Part shown: positions 13,826-25,200 of the stretch, one piece after another
How positions within the stretch are numbered: the first letter of the stretch is position 1
How the letters are laid out: every line of letters begins with the position of its first letter
DNA from: Antedon mediterranea
Taxonomy: Eukaryota; Animalia; Echinodermata
NCBI RefSeq assembly: GCF_964355755.1
Contig: NC_092672.1
Location: forward strand, 17,311,237-17,375,236
Length of the DNA stretch: 64,000 nucleotides
Reading direction: 5' to 3'
Position numbers and translations under genes: made by a program
The notes under the pieces: model-generated
Seen by the model: only the letters and a program-made list of their open reading frames with translations
Told to the model about the DNA's origin: nothing
Databases searched by the model: none

Positions 13826-16800
13826 TTAAGTTAAAGTTAGACATATTTTACAAATGTTGTTTTCGCATAGATATATTGTTTCTTTATAACTATTAATGCA
13901 TTTATTTAGTAATAGTTTTTTAAATATTGATATATTTTCACTCTCTCTTATATTTCTTATAAGTTGATTCCATAGCTTAGGTCCTCTATATGCTATACTT
14001 TGCTGACCCATATTAGTTGATTTTAATTTTATACAATAATTGTCTTTATTTCGAGTGTTATATGTATGATAATTATCAAATAAACTGAATAAAGAATTAA
14101 AACATTTTGGAAGTTGTCCTTTTTGGTATTTAAACATAAAATTTAAAACACTGTTTTTATACAAATCAAATATATTAAGTGTGCCCGTTTTCACAAAGAG
14201 CTGAGAAGAGGGATGATGAAAGTCTACCTTACAAATGATCCTAAGAGCTTTTTTCTGAAGCAATAGAAGGCGATCCAAATTGTCTTTGTTCCCCGCACCC
14301 CATACAATAATACCATATGTCAACACTGGTAATATAAGTTTCTTGTATATGGTAAGTAACACTTCAGTAGATACTAATTTTTTTATATGACACATGGCAC
14401 CAATTATTGAGGATGCTTTACAAGAAACTGCATTTGTATGGTGTCTAAAGTTCAGTTTCTCATCAATGACGACACCGAGAAATTTAGTATATGGTACTCT
14501 ATCTATTGAAACTCTATTTATTGAAAGTACAAATTGGGATGTGTCAATGTTGGTATTCTTTCCACTAAATAACATATACGTAGTCTTGGTTGTATTAATA
14601 GTTAATCTATTAGTTTTACACCATTTCTCAATTTTATTTAGTTCATTTGTCATTATTGTAAAGGCAGTGACGATATCATTGTGTTGTAAAAACATATTCG
14701 TATCATCTGCAAACATTATTAAATCAATGACATTACTTACAGAAAACATGTCATTTATGAAAATCAAAAACAGCAGGGGTCCAAGGATTGACCCTTGTGG
14801 AACGCCTTGTTTTATTATTTTGGTTACAGACTGACACTTCCCAATTTGTACGAATTGTTGTCTTTCTCTAAGGTAGCTTCGGTAACAATCAAGAACCACG
14901 CCTCTTATTCCATAATGGGGCAATTTTGTGAGCAATAATTCATGATCTATCGAATCGAACGCCTTGGATAAATCCAAAAATACGCCAATCATAAATTGCT
15001 TGTTGTCAACGGCTGTTGTTATTTTATCAAGGACTTGTAGGAGGGCGTGGTTAGTTGAATGACCTGCCCTGAATCTATATTGAGATTCATGTAACATATC
15101 ATATTTACACAAAAAAGCGATTGTTTGGTCATATACGACCCTTTCAAATACCTTAGATATACATGGTAATATCGATATCGGTCTATAATTTTCTATGTTC
15201 TCCCTTGCTCCTTTTTTATACACAGGAATTGTTTTAGCAATTTTTAGTTGACAAGGAAATACACCCGATTGAAGGGATACATTGATTATATGAGATAACG
15301 GTTTAGCCAGTATATCTGAGTTATTTTTTATATAAATGGTACCAATGTCATCACAACCACTTGACTTATTTACATTTAAGTCATTAATGTATTTAATGAT
15401 ATCGGACTCGGATACAGCTCTAAAAAACATTGAATTCAAAATGTCATGTTGTATTTTATATTCGGTGTTACTATTACGGTTATCATCACCTGTCATTTGG
15501 TCACCTATATTTATAAAGTATGTGTTAAACGCATTCGCTATGGATGTTGGGTCATTAAGTTGATGGGAGTTGATTTTCATTTTTTGAGGCATGTCTTGAT
15601 GTTTCATCCTACCTAATAATGAGTTTATGACACCCCATGTTTTCTTTATATTACTCTTGTGCTTTTCAAATTCATTTTTGTAATAAGTAGTTTTCCTTTC
15701 TCTTATTATTGATGTTAACTTATTCTTATATTTCTTATATTTAGATTTATTTATATCTGTTGGTTTCTGTTTATATTTGATGTATAATTTATTTTTGGTA
15801 CAAAGAGATTTTTGAATTCCATATGTTATCCACGGGGATTTAATTGTATCTACTTTTAACCTAACTCTTTTTAGTGGGAAATGCTTATCTATCATTGTTT
15901 TTAAAGAATCTGAGAAACATTTATATGATTCATTCGAATTTTCAATGCTAGTTACATATTGCCAATCATAGCCCTGTAATTCAAGTCTAAATTGCCGTTT
16001 TTGTTGATCAGTATAGCTTCTTTTTATTATAAATTTTTCTGATCGTGGTAATGAATAATTTTCTGAATCATCCATGCAGAAAACTGCAAAGTGGTCAGAT
16101 ATGTCGTTAACTAATATCCCTGTGTTAATATTTTGGAATTCCTGATAATTTGTATAAATATTGTCAATTACTGTTGCGGTATCTTTTGTGATTCGGGTGG
16201 GTTTATTAACTAGTGGAATGAAAGATTCTGTTAGCATGTTGTCTACGTGAGTTTGAACATTATTGTCACAGTTATATTTTTGTAGATCTAGGTTAAAGTC
16301 ACCCATAAGGTATGCCTTTTTATTTTCATTGTTTATCATGTGCATTAATTCACTAAGTTGATTATTAAATGTTGGAATATGGGCTTTAGGGGGCCTGTAG
16401 ATTATTCCACATATAATTGATTTATCATTATTTTTTAATTCAATTATAATGCACTCTCCCTCGTTTATCATAGCAGACAAGTCATTTCTTATTTGATATG
16501 ATATATTTGAGTGTATGTACAATGCTACACATCCCCCTGTCTGGGTTTCTCTGTTTTTAAAGATAGGTGTATAGTTTGGAAGTGTATATAAACCAAGGTG
16601 ATGTTTGCTTGAAAGCCAAGTTTCAGTAAGTCCTATTACATTAAATTCAAAATCGAGAGAGGATACATAATTTTTAAATTCTTCAAATTTGTTAACAATA
16701 CTTCTACAGTTTAATGCAAACATAGAAAAACTATTAGTTGACGTTTGACTGAACGTGGATTTAAATGTATCAATACTAAAGTAATAGTTTTCCTTATAGT

Positions 16801-16861
16801 TAAATGCGGTTGTATTTTCGTCTTCATAATTAAAATGATCAATATTTAGAATTGAAAACAT
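13826..16861 (-). CDS. LINE ORF2: AP endonuclease + reverse transcriptase (1011 aa)
   Basis: LNCRS, GLTETW, IYRPP, MGDFN, IDNIY and SDH (APE); NYRPISIL, FLDLSKAFD, GVPQGSILGP, FADD and KFLG (RT). Confidence 0.95.
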   Translation of the reverse strand: MFSILNIDHFNYEDENTTAFNYKENYYFSIDTFKSTFSQTSTNSFSMFALNCRSIVNKFEEFKNYVSSLDFEFNVIGLTETWLSSKHHLGLYTLPNYTPIFKNRETQTGGCVALYIHSNISYQIRNDLSAMINEGECIIIELKNNDKSIICGIIYRPPKAHIPTFNNQLSELMHMINNENKKAYLMGDFNLDLQKYNCDNNVQTHVDNMLTESFIPLVNKPTRITKDTATVIDNIYTNYQEFQNINTGILVNDISDHFAVFCMDDSENYSLPRSEKFIIKRSYTDQQKRQFRLELQGYDWQYVTSIENSNESYKCFSDSLKTMIDKHFPLKRVRLKVDTIKSPWITYGIQKSLCTKNKLYIKYKQKPTDINKSKYKKYKNKLTSIIRERKTTYYKNEFEKHKSNIKKTWGVINSLLGRMKHQDMPQKMKINSHQLNDPTSIANAFNTYFINIGDQMTGDDNRNSNTEYKIQHDILNSMFFRAVSESDIIKYINDLNVNKSSGCDDIGTIYIKNNSDILAKPLSHIINVSLQSGVFPCQLKIAKTIPVYKKGARENIENYRPISILPCISKVFERVVYDQTIAFLCKYDMLHESQYRFRAGHSTNHALLQVLDKITTAVDNKQFMIGVFLDLSKAFDSIDHELLLTKLPHYGIRGVVLDCYRSYLRERQQFVQIGKCQSVTKIIKQGVPQGSILGPLLFLIFINDMFSVSNVIDLIMFADDTNMFLQHNDIVTAFTIMTNELNKIEKWCKTNRLTINTTKTTYMLFSGKNTNIDTSQFVLSINRVSIDRVPYTKFLGVVIDEKLNFRHHTNAVSCKASSIIGAMCHIKKLVSTEVLLTIYKKLILPVLTYGIIVWGAGNKDNLDRLLLLQKKALRIICKVDFHHPSSQLFVKTGTLNIFDLYKNSVLNFMFKYQKGQLPKCFNSLFSLFDNYHTYNTRNKDNYCIKLKSTNMGQQSIAYRGPKLWNQLIRNIRESENISIFKKLLLNKCINSYKETIYLCENNICKICLTLT

Positions 16862-17204
16862 ATAATTTCCTTAATATAAATAAATATCAGTTAATTATAG
16901 GGCCTAATGACAAAAGAAATATTTGATAATAAATATAACCTTATTTGCTATATCTGTACATTAGCTCCCCGTCATATTTTTTTTTATTTTACCGTGACCC
17001 CTTATTAATGAATGTAGTAATACAAATTTATATACAATTTTATAAACAACCCCAACTTATTATGAATGCACTGTATGCAACAGTTCACAGCAATGTGGGG
17101 CTGTGTATAATTAATAACAAGACATGGATAGTATTTTGTCCAAATTACATAAATACCATCTCATGTTAAATAAGTGTGTTGCTTACTAACAGAGTGTGGT
17201 CTGG

Positions 17205-18020
17205 TCACTTTGTAGGTTCACGGTATAGTCTCCCATCTATATATAATGATCCATTTCTAAATACAGGATGTCTTCCTTCATTGTATGCTTTCAACATTAT
17301 GTCTCGGTACTCACGTTTCTTCTTGGCATCTGATGCTGTAAGGTCCTCCATTGCATAAAAATCTTTATTTTTCAGTGACTTCACCTTCTTAAGAACCTCG
17401 TTTCGTTCTGGCCTATAGATAAATTTAGCAATTATTTGCCTAGGTTTTTGGTCTCCTCTGGTCTGTTTACCGGTTCTATGGGCGTTTTCAATGTTACTAT
17501 CCTTCAGGTGTAGTTTATCGCTTATAAGTGTATTTAGTTTATCTAGTGTATTTTCGTTCTCATCTTCATTTATTCCTCCAAATCGTAAATTAAATCCTCT
17601 TGAATATCTTTCCATTCTATGAATATCCACTTCTAGGTTACTAATTTGCTTATTTTTCTCCTTCAGTTCTGTTTCAATGTTGTCAATACGTGTATTTAAT
17701 CTACTTACACTCGCTTGGGTTTCCGTAGTGGATGTTGTGTAATATTCCAATGACTGGTCCATAATACGTTGTGTTTCTTCCACTTTTGTTATTCTTTCTA
17801 TTAGTACTTGTTTATTGGATTTGATCGACGATATTCCATCTTCGATTCTTTTATTAATATCAACAAACATCTCTTTTAGATCTTTTCTCAGGGCCTTTAT
17901 TTCAGAAGATGACGTGTCAGTCCTCAAGTCAGTAGTCGCGGGAACTTTAAGCTGACGTGGCATAGGCGTTGCCTCAGTAGTTTCAGATATTTGTTTAGAT
18001 TTCGCTCTAGTGGCACTCAT
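17205..18020 (-). CDS. LINE ORF1: coiled coil + L1-type RRM (Transposase_22-like)
   Basis: Heptad region followed by ERYSRGFNLRFGGI, IENAHR, PRQIIAKF and EDLT motifs. Confidence 0.88.
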   Translation of the reverse strand: MSATRAKSKQISETTEATPMPRQLKVPATTDLRTDTSSSEIKALRKDLKEMFVDINKRIEDGISSIKSNKQVLIERITKVEETQRIMDQSLEYYTTSTTETQASVSRLNTRIDNIETELKEKNKQISNLEVDIHRMERYSRGFNLRFGGINEDENENTLDKLNTLISDKLHLKDSNIENAHRTGKQTRGDQKPRQIIAKFIYRPERNEVLKKVKSLKNKDFYAMEDLTASDAKKKREYRDIMLKAYNEGRHPVFRNGSLYIDGRLYREPTK

Positions 18021-18186
18021 TTTTTACAATCGACTTCTTATTTTACTTTTATTTGATTGTAGAAGCTGTTTAAAACTTACGTTCAGTTTATTTCATCCTT
18101 TAACTTACTTTTGGGAGTTCGATAAGTTTTAGCTTTTACGGAGCTCAGTAACTGTACGTCTTCATTACATAGCGCCCTCTCTAATG

Positions 18187-18718
18187 TTTTAATTTAACTG
18201 TTTTAGTATCACCGGGTTTAAGAAAAACTCTTGTGGACAGGACGAAAGCTAAAAATCTTTGGTCTAATGCGAAATGTGTTTTCCTTAAAATTTAAAGTAC
18301 CGTCGAGTTCAGACAATGTTTCGGTTCCAAGTATCAGGTCAATACCTGTCAAATTTTTAACGATTAACGCTGAAATTTTAAATCTGTGTCCTTGGATAAA
18401 TAATTCGAATTGCACTAAGTGGTTGGAATATAAGAAGTCACCGTTACCTAATCGAAATTTAGTTGTGTTCACTTTAACTGGCTTTAGACGCGATAAATAA
18501 AGTGAGGAATTAACATACGATTGTGAGATTATAGTTCTAGTTGAACCACTGTCAAATAAAGTTAAAACATTTCTACCATCTGGTAAATTTCCTTTAACGT
18601 AATTTCTGTCGTTAAGTAGCAAATCGATCTTATCTGAATTCCCTAAGTATTTTGCCTTAAAATTGTCGTATTTTGTATGGGGGGCCAGATTGTAGGCGGC
18701 ATCTAGTCCCTTTTTTAA
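18187..18718 (-). pseudogene. Gypsy aspartic protease (pol 5' part)
   Basis: LFDSGS and DLILG motifs; frame is -1 to gag and open from 18718; frameshift near 18235, then the LINE insertion. Confidence 0.88.
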
Positions 18719-19674
18719 AAATCCTGCTGGTGGCTAGGGTAGTAATTGTTTGAATGTTGGTATGGGTATGGCGGGGGATAATTTCCGTAAGAACGGTTTT
18801 GTTGTCGGCAGTGCCTTGCTATGTGGCCTGGTTTCCCGCAGTAATAACAGGTTGGGGGAGGTTGTCTATATCTTGGGGTCGGTGGGGTCTGGAATCGGGG
18901 TTTGTAGGGGCTTGGGCTTCGGTTTCGTCTTGGGATATAATTTCGGGTGGGGGAACGTGAGCGTCGAGTATCATCATTAAGGGATCGTTTTGTTGTGGCT
19001 ATATCTAACTTAAGAGTATTTATCTCATGTTGGAGCGATTCGAGACTATTATCTGTTTCCTTATTGATGTTGAATGAAACTTCCCGTGTGACATCATCTA
19101 CGGAAAGGTCAAGGTAATTTTGTGTGCTATTTACGATATTGTCAATAGTGGCATCGATTGGGGTGGACATGGCTACAGCTGCTCTACATTTTGGTGGAAG
19201 GGTCGAAATAAATTTATTCTTTATCTGCTGGTCAGCGTATCCAATTCTGTCTGCGGCTTGTTTGATTTTGGTTAAGTGTTTTTCGGCGTTGTCGCCAGTG
19301 GTGTAAGTAATTGAATCGTATTCTCTTATGTGCGCATAGATTGATTTGTTTTTACTAAACTTGTTAATGAATTTGGTTTTTAAGGATTCCAGTGAATCGA
19401 ACTGCTTTCCCTCAATCCAGAGTCTAGCTTGTCCCTGAAGGCTACGTTTGAAAATACTTATTACATTAATTAATTGGGCATTGTTTACAGGGTTTTCTAA
19501 AGTGTGGGCCTCAAGGTAGTCGGTAAACGATAAATAGTGTGCACTACATTGGTCGTGATCGGTTATGGAACCGTCATATCTTTTGGGAAGGAAATCGGTT
19601 TGTCTTAGGTGGGGCACGGTATGAGGATGGACGGGCTCATTTAAAATTACTTTGTTATCAACAACGTCGACCAT
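18715..19674 (-). CDS. gag: Gypsy Gag with CCHC zinc knuckle (319 aa)
   Basis: SLQGQARLW capsid motif; CYYCGKPGHIARHC; position upstream of the protease. Confidence 0.92.
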   Translation of the reverse strand: MVDVVDNKVILNEPVHPHTVPHLRQTDFLPKRYDGSITDHDQCSAHYLSFTDYLEAHTLENPVNNAQLINVISIFKRSLQGQARLWIEGKQFDSLESLKTKFINKFSKNKSIYAHIREYDSITYTTGDNAEKHLTKIKQAADRIGYADQQIKNKFISTLPPKCRAAVAMSTPIDATIDNIVNSTQNYLDLSVDDVTREVSFNINKETDNSLESLQHEINTLKLDIATTKRSLNDDTRRSRSPTRNYIPRRNRSPSPYKPRFQTPPTPRYRQPPPTCYYCGKPGHIARHCRQQNRSYGNYPPPYPYQHSNNYYPSHQQDF

Positions 19675-19860
19675 ACTTTATAATATTAATTATTAATCAA
19701 ATATCAAAAACAATTTAGTGTATATATATGTAAACTCTCACTTTTCAATCAAGGTTACAAATTAAAAATCAAAATGGTTTTGACTTACCCCAAATGCTTC
19801 GGATCCAATTAAAAATGAATTAAAGGAATGCAAAAAGTGTTCAAAAATGTTAAAAGGGCT

Positions 19861-21070
19861 TGTTACAACCGCTAATGTAGAAAACGCCAGCTAATGTCGA
19901 AACAACCGTTAATGTAGAACAATCCACCGCTTATGTAGTAAAACCTCCAGCTTATGTAGAAACACCAACAGCTTATGTAGTAAATAAAAATCAACACCAG
20001 CTAATGTAGAAACAGTCAACAGCTTATGTAGTAACGAAAATTGCCTCCCAGCTTATGTAGTTACTATCGCCAGCTAATGTAGAAAATGTTATATATTTTA
20101 CAAAAATGTCTAATTCATGTGCAAATGCATCGATCTTTACTTAGCTATCAGTCTTTCCACCTCTCGTAAGCAACCAACTTTCTAAAATGACCACACATCG
20201 TAATAAGCTACCATCTCTGTTAAGGGACCGCTTCTCATAATCGACCACGTCTCGTAAGGGATCACCTCCTCTCATAAGGGACCGCTTCTCATAATCGACC
20301 ACCTTTCGTAAGCGACCACACCTCTCGTAAATGACCACCTCTTTTAAGGGACCACGACCTCTTTCTCCCTATTAATCTCCCGTCACAACGACCTCTGGTA
20401 AGTGACCACCTCTATTGAACGTCCACCGTTTCTATTAAGGGACCGCTTTTTATAATCGACCACCTCTCGTAATTGATCACCGCCTCTCATAAGGAACCGC
20501 TTTTCATAATCGACCACCTCTCGTAAGCGACCACCTCTTTTAACGACCACGCCTCTCGTAAGTGACCACTTCTTTTAAGGGACCACGACCTCTTTATCTC
20601 TATTAAATCTTCAATGATGAGAAGCGGTCCCTTAACAGAGACAGTGGTCGTTCAATAGAGGTGGTCACTTTCAAGAGGTCATTGTGATGGGAGATGGTCG
20701 ATTATGAGAAGCAGTCCCTTAACAGAGATGGTTGCTTACGATGTGTGGTCGTTTTAGAAAGTTGGTTGCTTACGAGAGGTGGAAAGACTGATAGCTAAGT
20801 AAAGATCGATGCATTTGCACATGAATGAGACATTTTTGTAAAATATATAACATTTTCTACATTAGCTGGCGATAGTAAGCTGGGAGGCAATTTTCGTTAC
20901 TACATAAGCTGTTGACTGTTTCTACATTAGCTGGTGTTTATTTTTATTTACTACATAAGCTGTTGGTGTTTCTACATAAGCTGGAGGTTTTACTACATAA
21001 GCGGTGGGTTGTTCTACATTAACGGTTGTTTCGACATTAGCTGGCGTTTTCTACATTAACGGTTGTAACA
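19861..21070. mobile_element. Non-autonomous foldback/MITE with TGTTACAACC termini (Ginger-like)
   Basis: About 350-bp inverted arms; 5-bp TSD GGGCT (19856-60, 21071-75); no coding capacity. Confidence 0.88.
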
Positions 21071-21570
21071 GGGCTCATCAATGTTCAAATTTTCAAACAA
21101 CGAATTCAAAAAAAATACGAAAGGTGTTCATCAATGATCAAAAAAGGTAAATGTTAAAAAAACGATCGAAAAAAAACGGCGTGAAGTTGAAAGTGTCCAA
21201 ACGAAACAGTTCTTGTCCGATTGCTTCTGTTTTCCGTTTTGATTCTTCTTGTGTCTTCCTCGATTATCTTCTTTGTCTTCATCCAATGGTTATACGAAAG
21301 TAAAAAATTCTGCTTGTCTCGATCCAGTTAAAATACAAATTTGAAAAAAAAAATTCTGCTTGTCTCGATCCGGTTAAATACTTATTTGAAAAAAAAATTC
21401 TGCTTCTCTCATTCGAATATAGGCCTAATCTCAGCTTGTCTTTTGTGTAAAAGTAAATTTCTGGTTTTCTCCTTTCAAACAAATATGGTTGTCTTCGTCT
21501 TCGTCTTCGTGTCTTGTTGTGTTTATTTCTTGTTTTCTTGTTATTCTGTTTCTCACTCTGTTCCTTATAA

Positions 21571-21588
21571 AATTTGGGTCTTCCACCA
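21571..21588 (-). promoter_or_regulatory. Primer-binding site
   Basis: TGGTGGAAGACCC... directly after the 5' LTR, complementary to a tRNA ...UCCACCA end (Ala-like for the first 7 nt only). Confidence 0.75.
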
Positions 21589-22298
21589 TGTAATATTGTG
21601 TTGTGTTGTTGTACTGACTTTTAATGAAGACTCTTACTCGCTTAACTGTCGTAACACATATTGTTTATTCAGTATAATACTTCAGTACAATATACAACTA
21701 TAAGTATAGATAAGGAACGGAGGATCAGTGATGCTGTCGGTGAGGTGTGAAGTGTGTAGGTCTGCTTCTGAAGAAGTGGCTGTGAGGTGTGTGCTCCGTG
21801 AAGTGGCTGTAAGGTGTGTGCTCCGTGAAGTGGCTGTAAGGTGTGTGCTCCGTGAGGTGGCTGTAAGGTGTGTGCTCCGTGAAGTGGCTGTAAGGTGTGT
21901 ACTCCGTGAGGTGGCTGTAAGGTGTGTCTGGGCCCTTCTGAAACTTGGGGGTATATTGGCTTCGGTTCATTTGCATATGTCACTACGTCATCTGTGAGGG
22001 TAACGATTGGTCCTAAGTTGGTCCAGGGGTGTTTAAGTGGGAGTGATTGATCTTATCTGGTGAGGTTACAATGATGAATTGGCCCTGTCGAATCTCTGCT
22101 TAAAACTGTCAATATCTAATTGTTTTACGATGGGAACAGTCACAAAGTTATTCTTTGGGGATTCGATTATAAACTAAATGGTCATTAAAACATCTGGACA
22201 AACTCTCCTCCGGACTTTCTGGGTCAAGTTTGTGAACTTATTTGAATTCTGATACAAAGGTCAATTTCTTAATTATAAAAGTATATCATTATATTACA
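21589..22298 (-). repeat. 5' LTR (710 bp)
   Basis: Direct repeat of 7764-8473; adjacent to the PBS. Confidence 0.97.
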
Positions 22299-25200
22299 AT
22301 AGCTTCAAATCGCATTTGGAGACATTTTAGACCATTTTGTGATTTTCGAAAAAACTTGTTAACATAAAAACACCAAAGTGCTTAGAATAGCTTCAAATCG
22401 CATTTGGAGACGTTTTAGACCAATTTGTGATTTTCGAAAAAACTTGTTCACATAAAAACACCAAAGTGCTTAGAATAGCTTCAAATCGCATTTGGAGACG
22501 TTTTAGACCATTTTGTGATTTTCGAAAAAACTTGGTTGCACAAAAACAACAAAGTGCTTAAAATCACATTAGAAACCGTTTTAGACCATTTTGAGAATTT
22601 CGATAAAACTTTTCACACAAAAACATCAAAGAGCACAAAATAGCTTAATATCGTATTTAAAAACGTTTTTGACCATTTTGAGCATAAAAACACCAAAGTG
22701 TACAGAATAGCTTCAAATCGTATTTGGAGACGGTTTAGACCATTTTGTGATTTTCGAAAAAACTTGTTAACATAAAAACATCAAAGTGTACAGAATAGCT
22801 TCAAATTGTATTTGTAGACATTTTAGACCATTTTGTGAATTTCGAAAAAACTTGGTTACACAAAAACACCAAAGTGCTTAAAATAGCTTCAAATCGCATT
22901 TGGAGATATTTTAGACCATTTTGTGATTTTCGAAAAAACTTATTAACATAAAAACACCAAAGTGCTTAGAATAGCTTCAAATCGCATTTAGAGAGGTTTT
23001 AGACCAATTTGTGATTTTCGAAAAAACTTGTTCACATAAAAACACCAAAGTGCTTAGAATAGCTTCAAATCGCATTTTGAGACATTTTAGACCCTTTGGA
23101 GATTTTCGAAAAAACTTGGTTACACAAAAACACCAAAGTGCTTAGAATAGCTTCAAATCGCATTTGGAGACGTTTTAGACCATTTTGTGATTTTCGAAAA
23201 AACTTTGTGGCACAAAAACATCAAAGTGCTTAAAATCACATTAGAAACCGTTTTAGACCATTTTGAGAATTTCGATAAAACTTTTCACACAAAAACATCA
23301 AAGAGCACAAAATAGCTTAATATCGTATTTAAAAACGTTTTTGACCATTTTGAGCATTTCGACAAACATTTTTCACACAAAACAGCAAAGTGTACAGAAT
23401 AGCTTCAAATCGTATTTGGAGACGTTTTAGACCTTTTTGTGATTTTCGAAAAAACTTGTTAATATAAAAACACCAAAGTGCTAAGAATAGCTTCAAATCG
23501 CATTTGGAGACGTTTTAGACCATTTTGTGATTTTCGAAAAAACTTGTTAACATAAAAACACCAAAGTGTACAGAATAGCTTCAAATCGCATTTGGAGACG
23601 GTTTAGACCATTTTGTGATTTTCGAAAAAACTTGTTAACATAAAAACATCAAAGTATACAGAATAGCTTCAAATTGCATTTGGAGACATTTTAGACCATT
23701 TCGTGAATTTCGAAAAAACTTGGTTACACAAAAACATCAAAGTGCTTAAAATAGCTTCAAATCGCATTTGGAGACATTTTAGACCATTTTGTGATTTTCG
23801 AAAAAACTTATTAACATAAAAACACCAAAGTGCTTAGAATAGCTTCAAATCGCATTTGGAGAGGTTTTAGACCAATTTGTGATTTTCGAAAAAACTTGTT
23901 AACATAAAAACACCAAAGTGCTTAGAATAGCTTCAAATCGCATTTGGAGACGTTTTAGACCATTTTGTGATTTTCGAAAAAACTTGTTTACACAAAAACA
24001 TCAAAGTGCTTAAAATCACATTAGAAACCGTTTTAGACCATTTTGAGCATTTCGATAAAACTTTTCACACAAAAACATCAAAGAGCACAAAATAGCTTAA
24101 TATCGTATTTAAAAACGCTTTTGACCATTTTGAGCATTTCGACAAACATTTTTCACACAAAACAGCAAAGTGTACAGAATAGCTTCAAATCGTATTTGGA
24201 GACGTTTTAGACCTTTTTGTGATTTTCGAAAAAACTTGTTAATATAAAAACACCAAAGTGCTAAGAATAGCTTCAAATCGCATTTGGAGACGTTTTAGAC
24301 CATTTTGTGATTTTTGAAAAAACTTGTTAACATAAAAACACCAAAGTGTACAGAATAGCTTCAAATCGCATTTGGAGACGGTTTAGACCATTTTGTGATT
24401 TTCGAAAAAACTTGTTAACATAAAAACATCAAAGTGTACAGAATAGCTTCAAATTGCATTTGGAGACATTTTAGACCATTTTGTGAATTTCGAAAAAACT
24501 TGGTTACACAAAAACATCAAAGTGCTTAAAATAGCTTCAAATCGCATTTGGAGACATTTTAGACCATTTTGTGGTTTTCGAAAAAAATTATTAACATAAA
24601 AACACCAAAGTGCTTAGAATAGCTTCAAATCGCATTTGGAGAGGTTTTAGACCAATTTGTGATTTTCGAAAAAACTTGTTCACATAAAAACACCAAAGTG
24701 CTTAGAATAGCTTCAAATCGCATTTGGAGACGTTTTAGACCATTTTGTGATTTTCGAAAAAACTTGGTTACACAAAAACATCAAAGTGCTTAAAATCACA
24801 TTAGAAACCGTTTTAGACCATTTTGAGCATTTCGATAAAACTTTTCACACAAAAACATCAAAGAGCACAAAATAGCTTAATATCGTATTTAAAAACGCTT
24901 TTGACCATTTTGAGCATTTCAACAAACATTTTTCACACAAAACAGCAAAGTGTACAGAATAGCTTCAAATCGTATTTGGAGACGTTTTAGACCTTTTTGT
25001 GATTTTCGAAAAAACTTGTTAATATAAAAACACCAAAGTGCTAAGAATATCTTCAAATCGCATTTGGAGACATTTTAGACCATTTTGTGATTTTTGAAAA
25101 AACTTGTTAACATAAAAACATCAAAGTGTACAGAATAACTTCAAATCGCATTTGGAGACATTTTAGACCATTTTGTGATTTTCGAAAAACTTGGTTACAC

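Larger units (their letters stand above)
13543..18186 (-). mobile_element. CR1/L2-group (Crack-like) LINE, apparently full length, nested in Gypsy pol
   Basis: ORF1, APE-RT ORF2 and a (TCAA)n 3' tail; flanked by TTTT at 13539-42 and 18187-90. Removing it restores pol frame ...TVKLK-GRVPAF. Confidence 0.92.
7764..22298 (-). mobile_element. Ty3/Gypsy LTR retrotransposon, full length, defective, with two nested insertions
   Basis: Two 710-bp LTRs with TGTAATAT..ATATTACA ends; 4-bp TSD ATAG (7760-63, 22299-302); PBS and PPT; gag then PR-RT-RH-IN order. Confidence 0.97.

Noticed and set aside
9414-19306. Plus-strand ORFs overlapping Gypsy and LINE genes
   Set aside because: Antisense shadows of real coding frames; no independent motifs.
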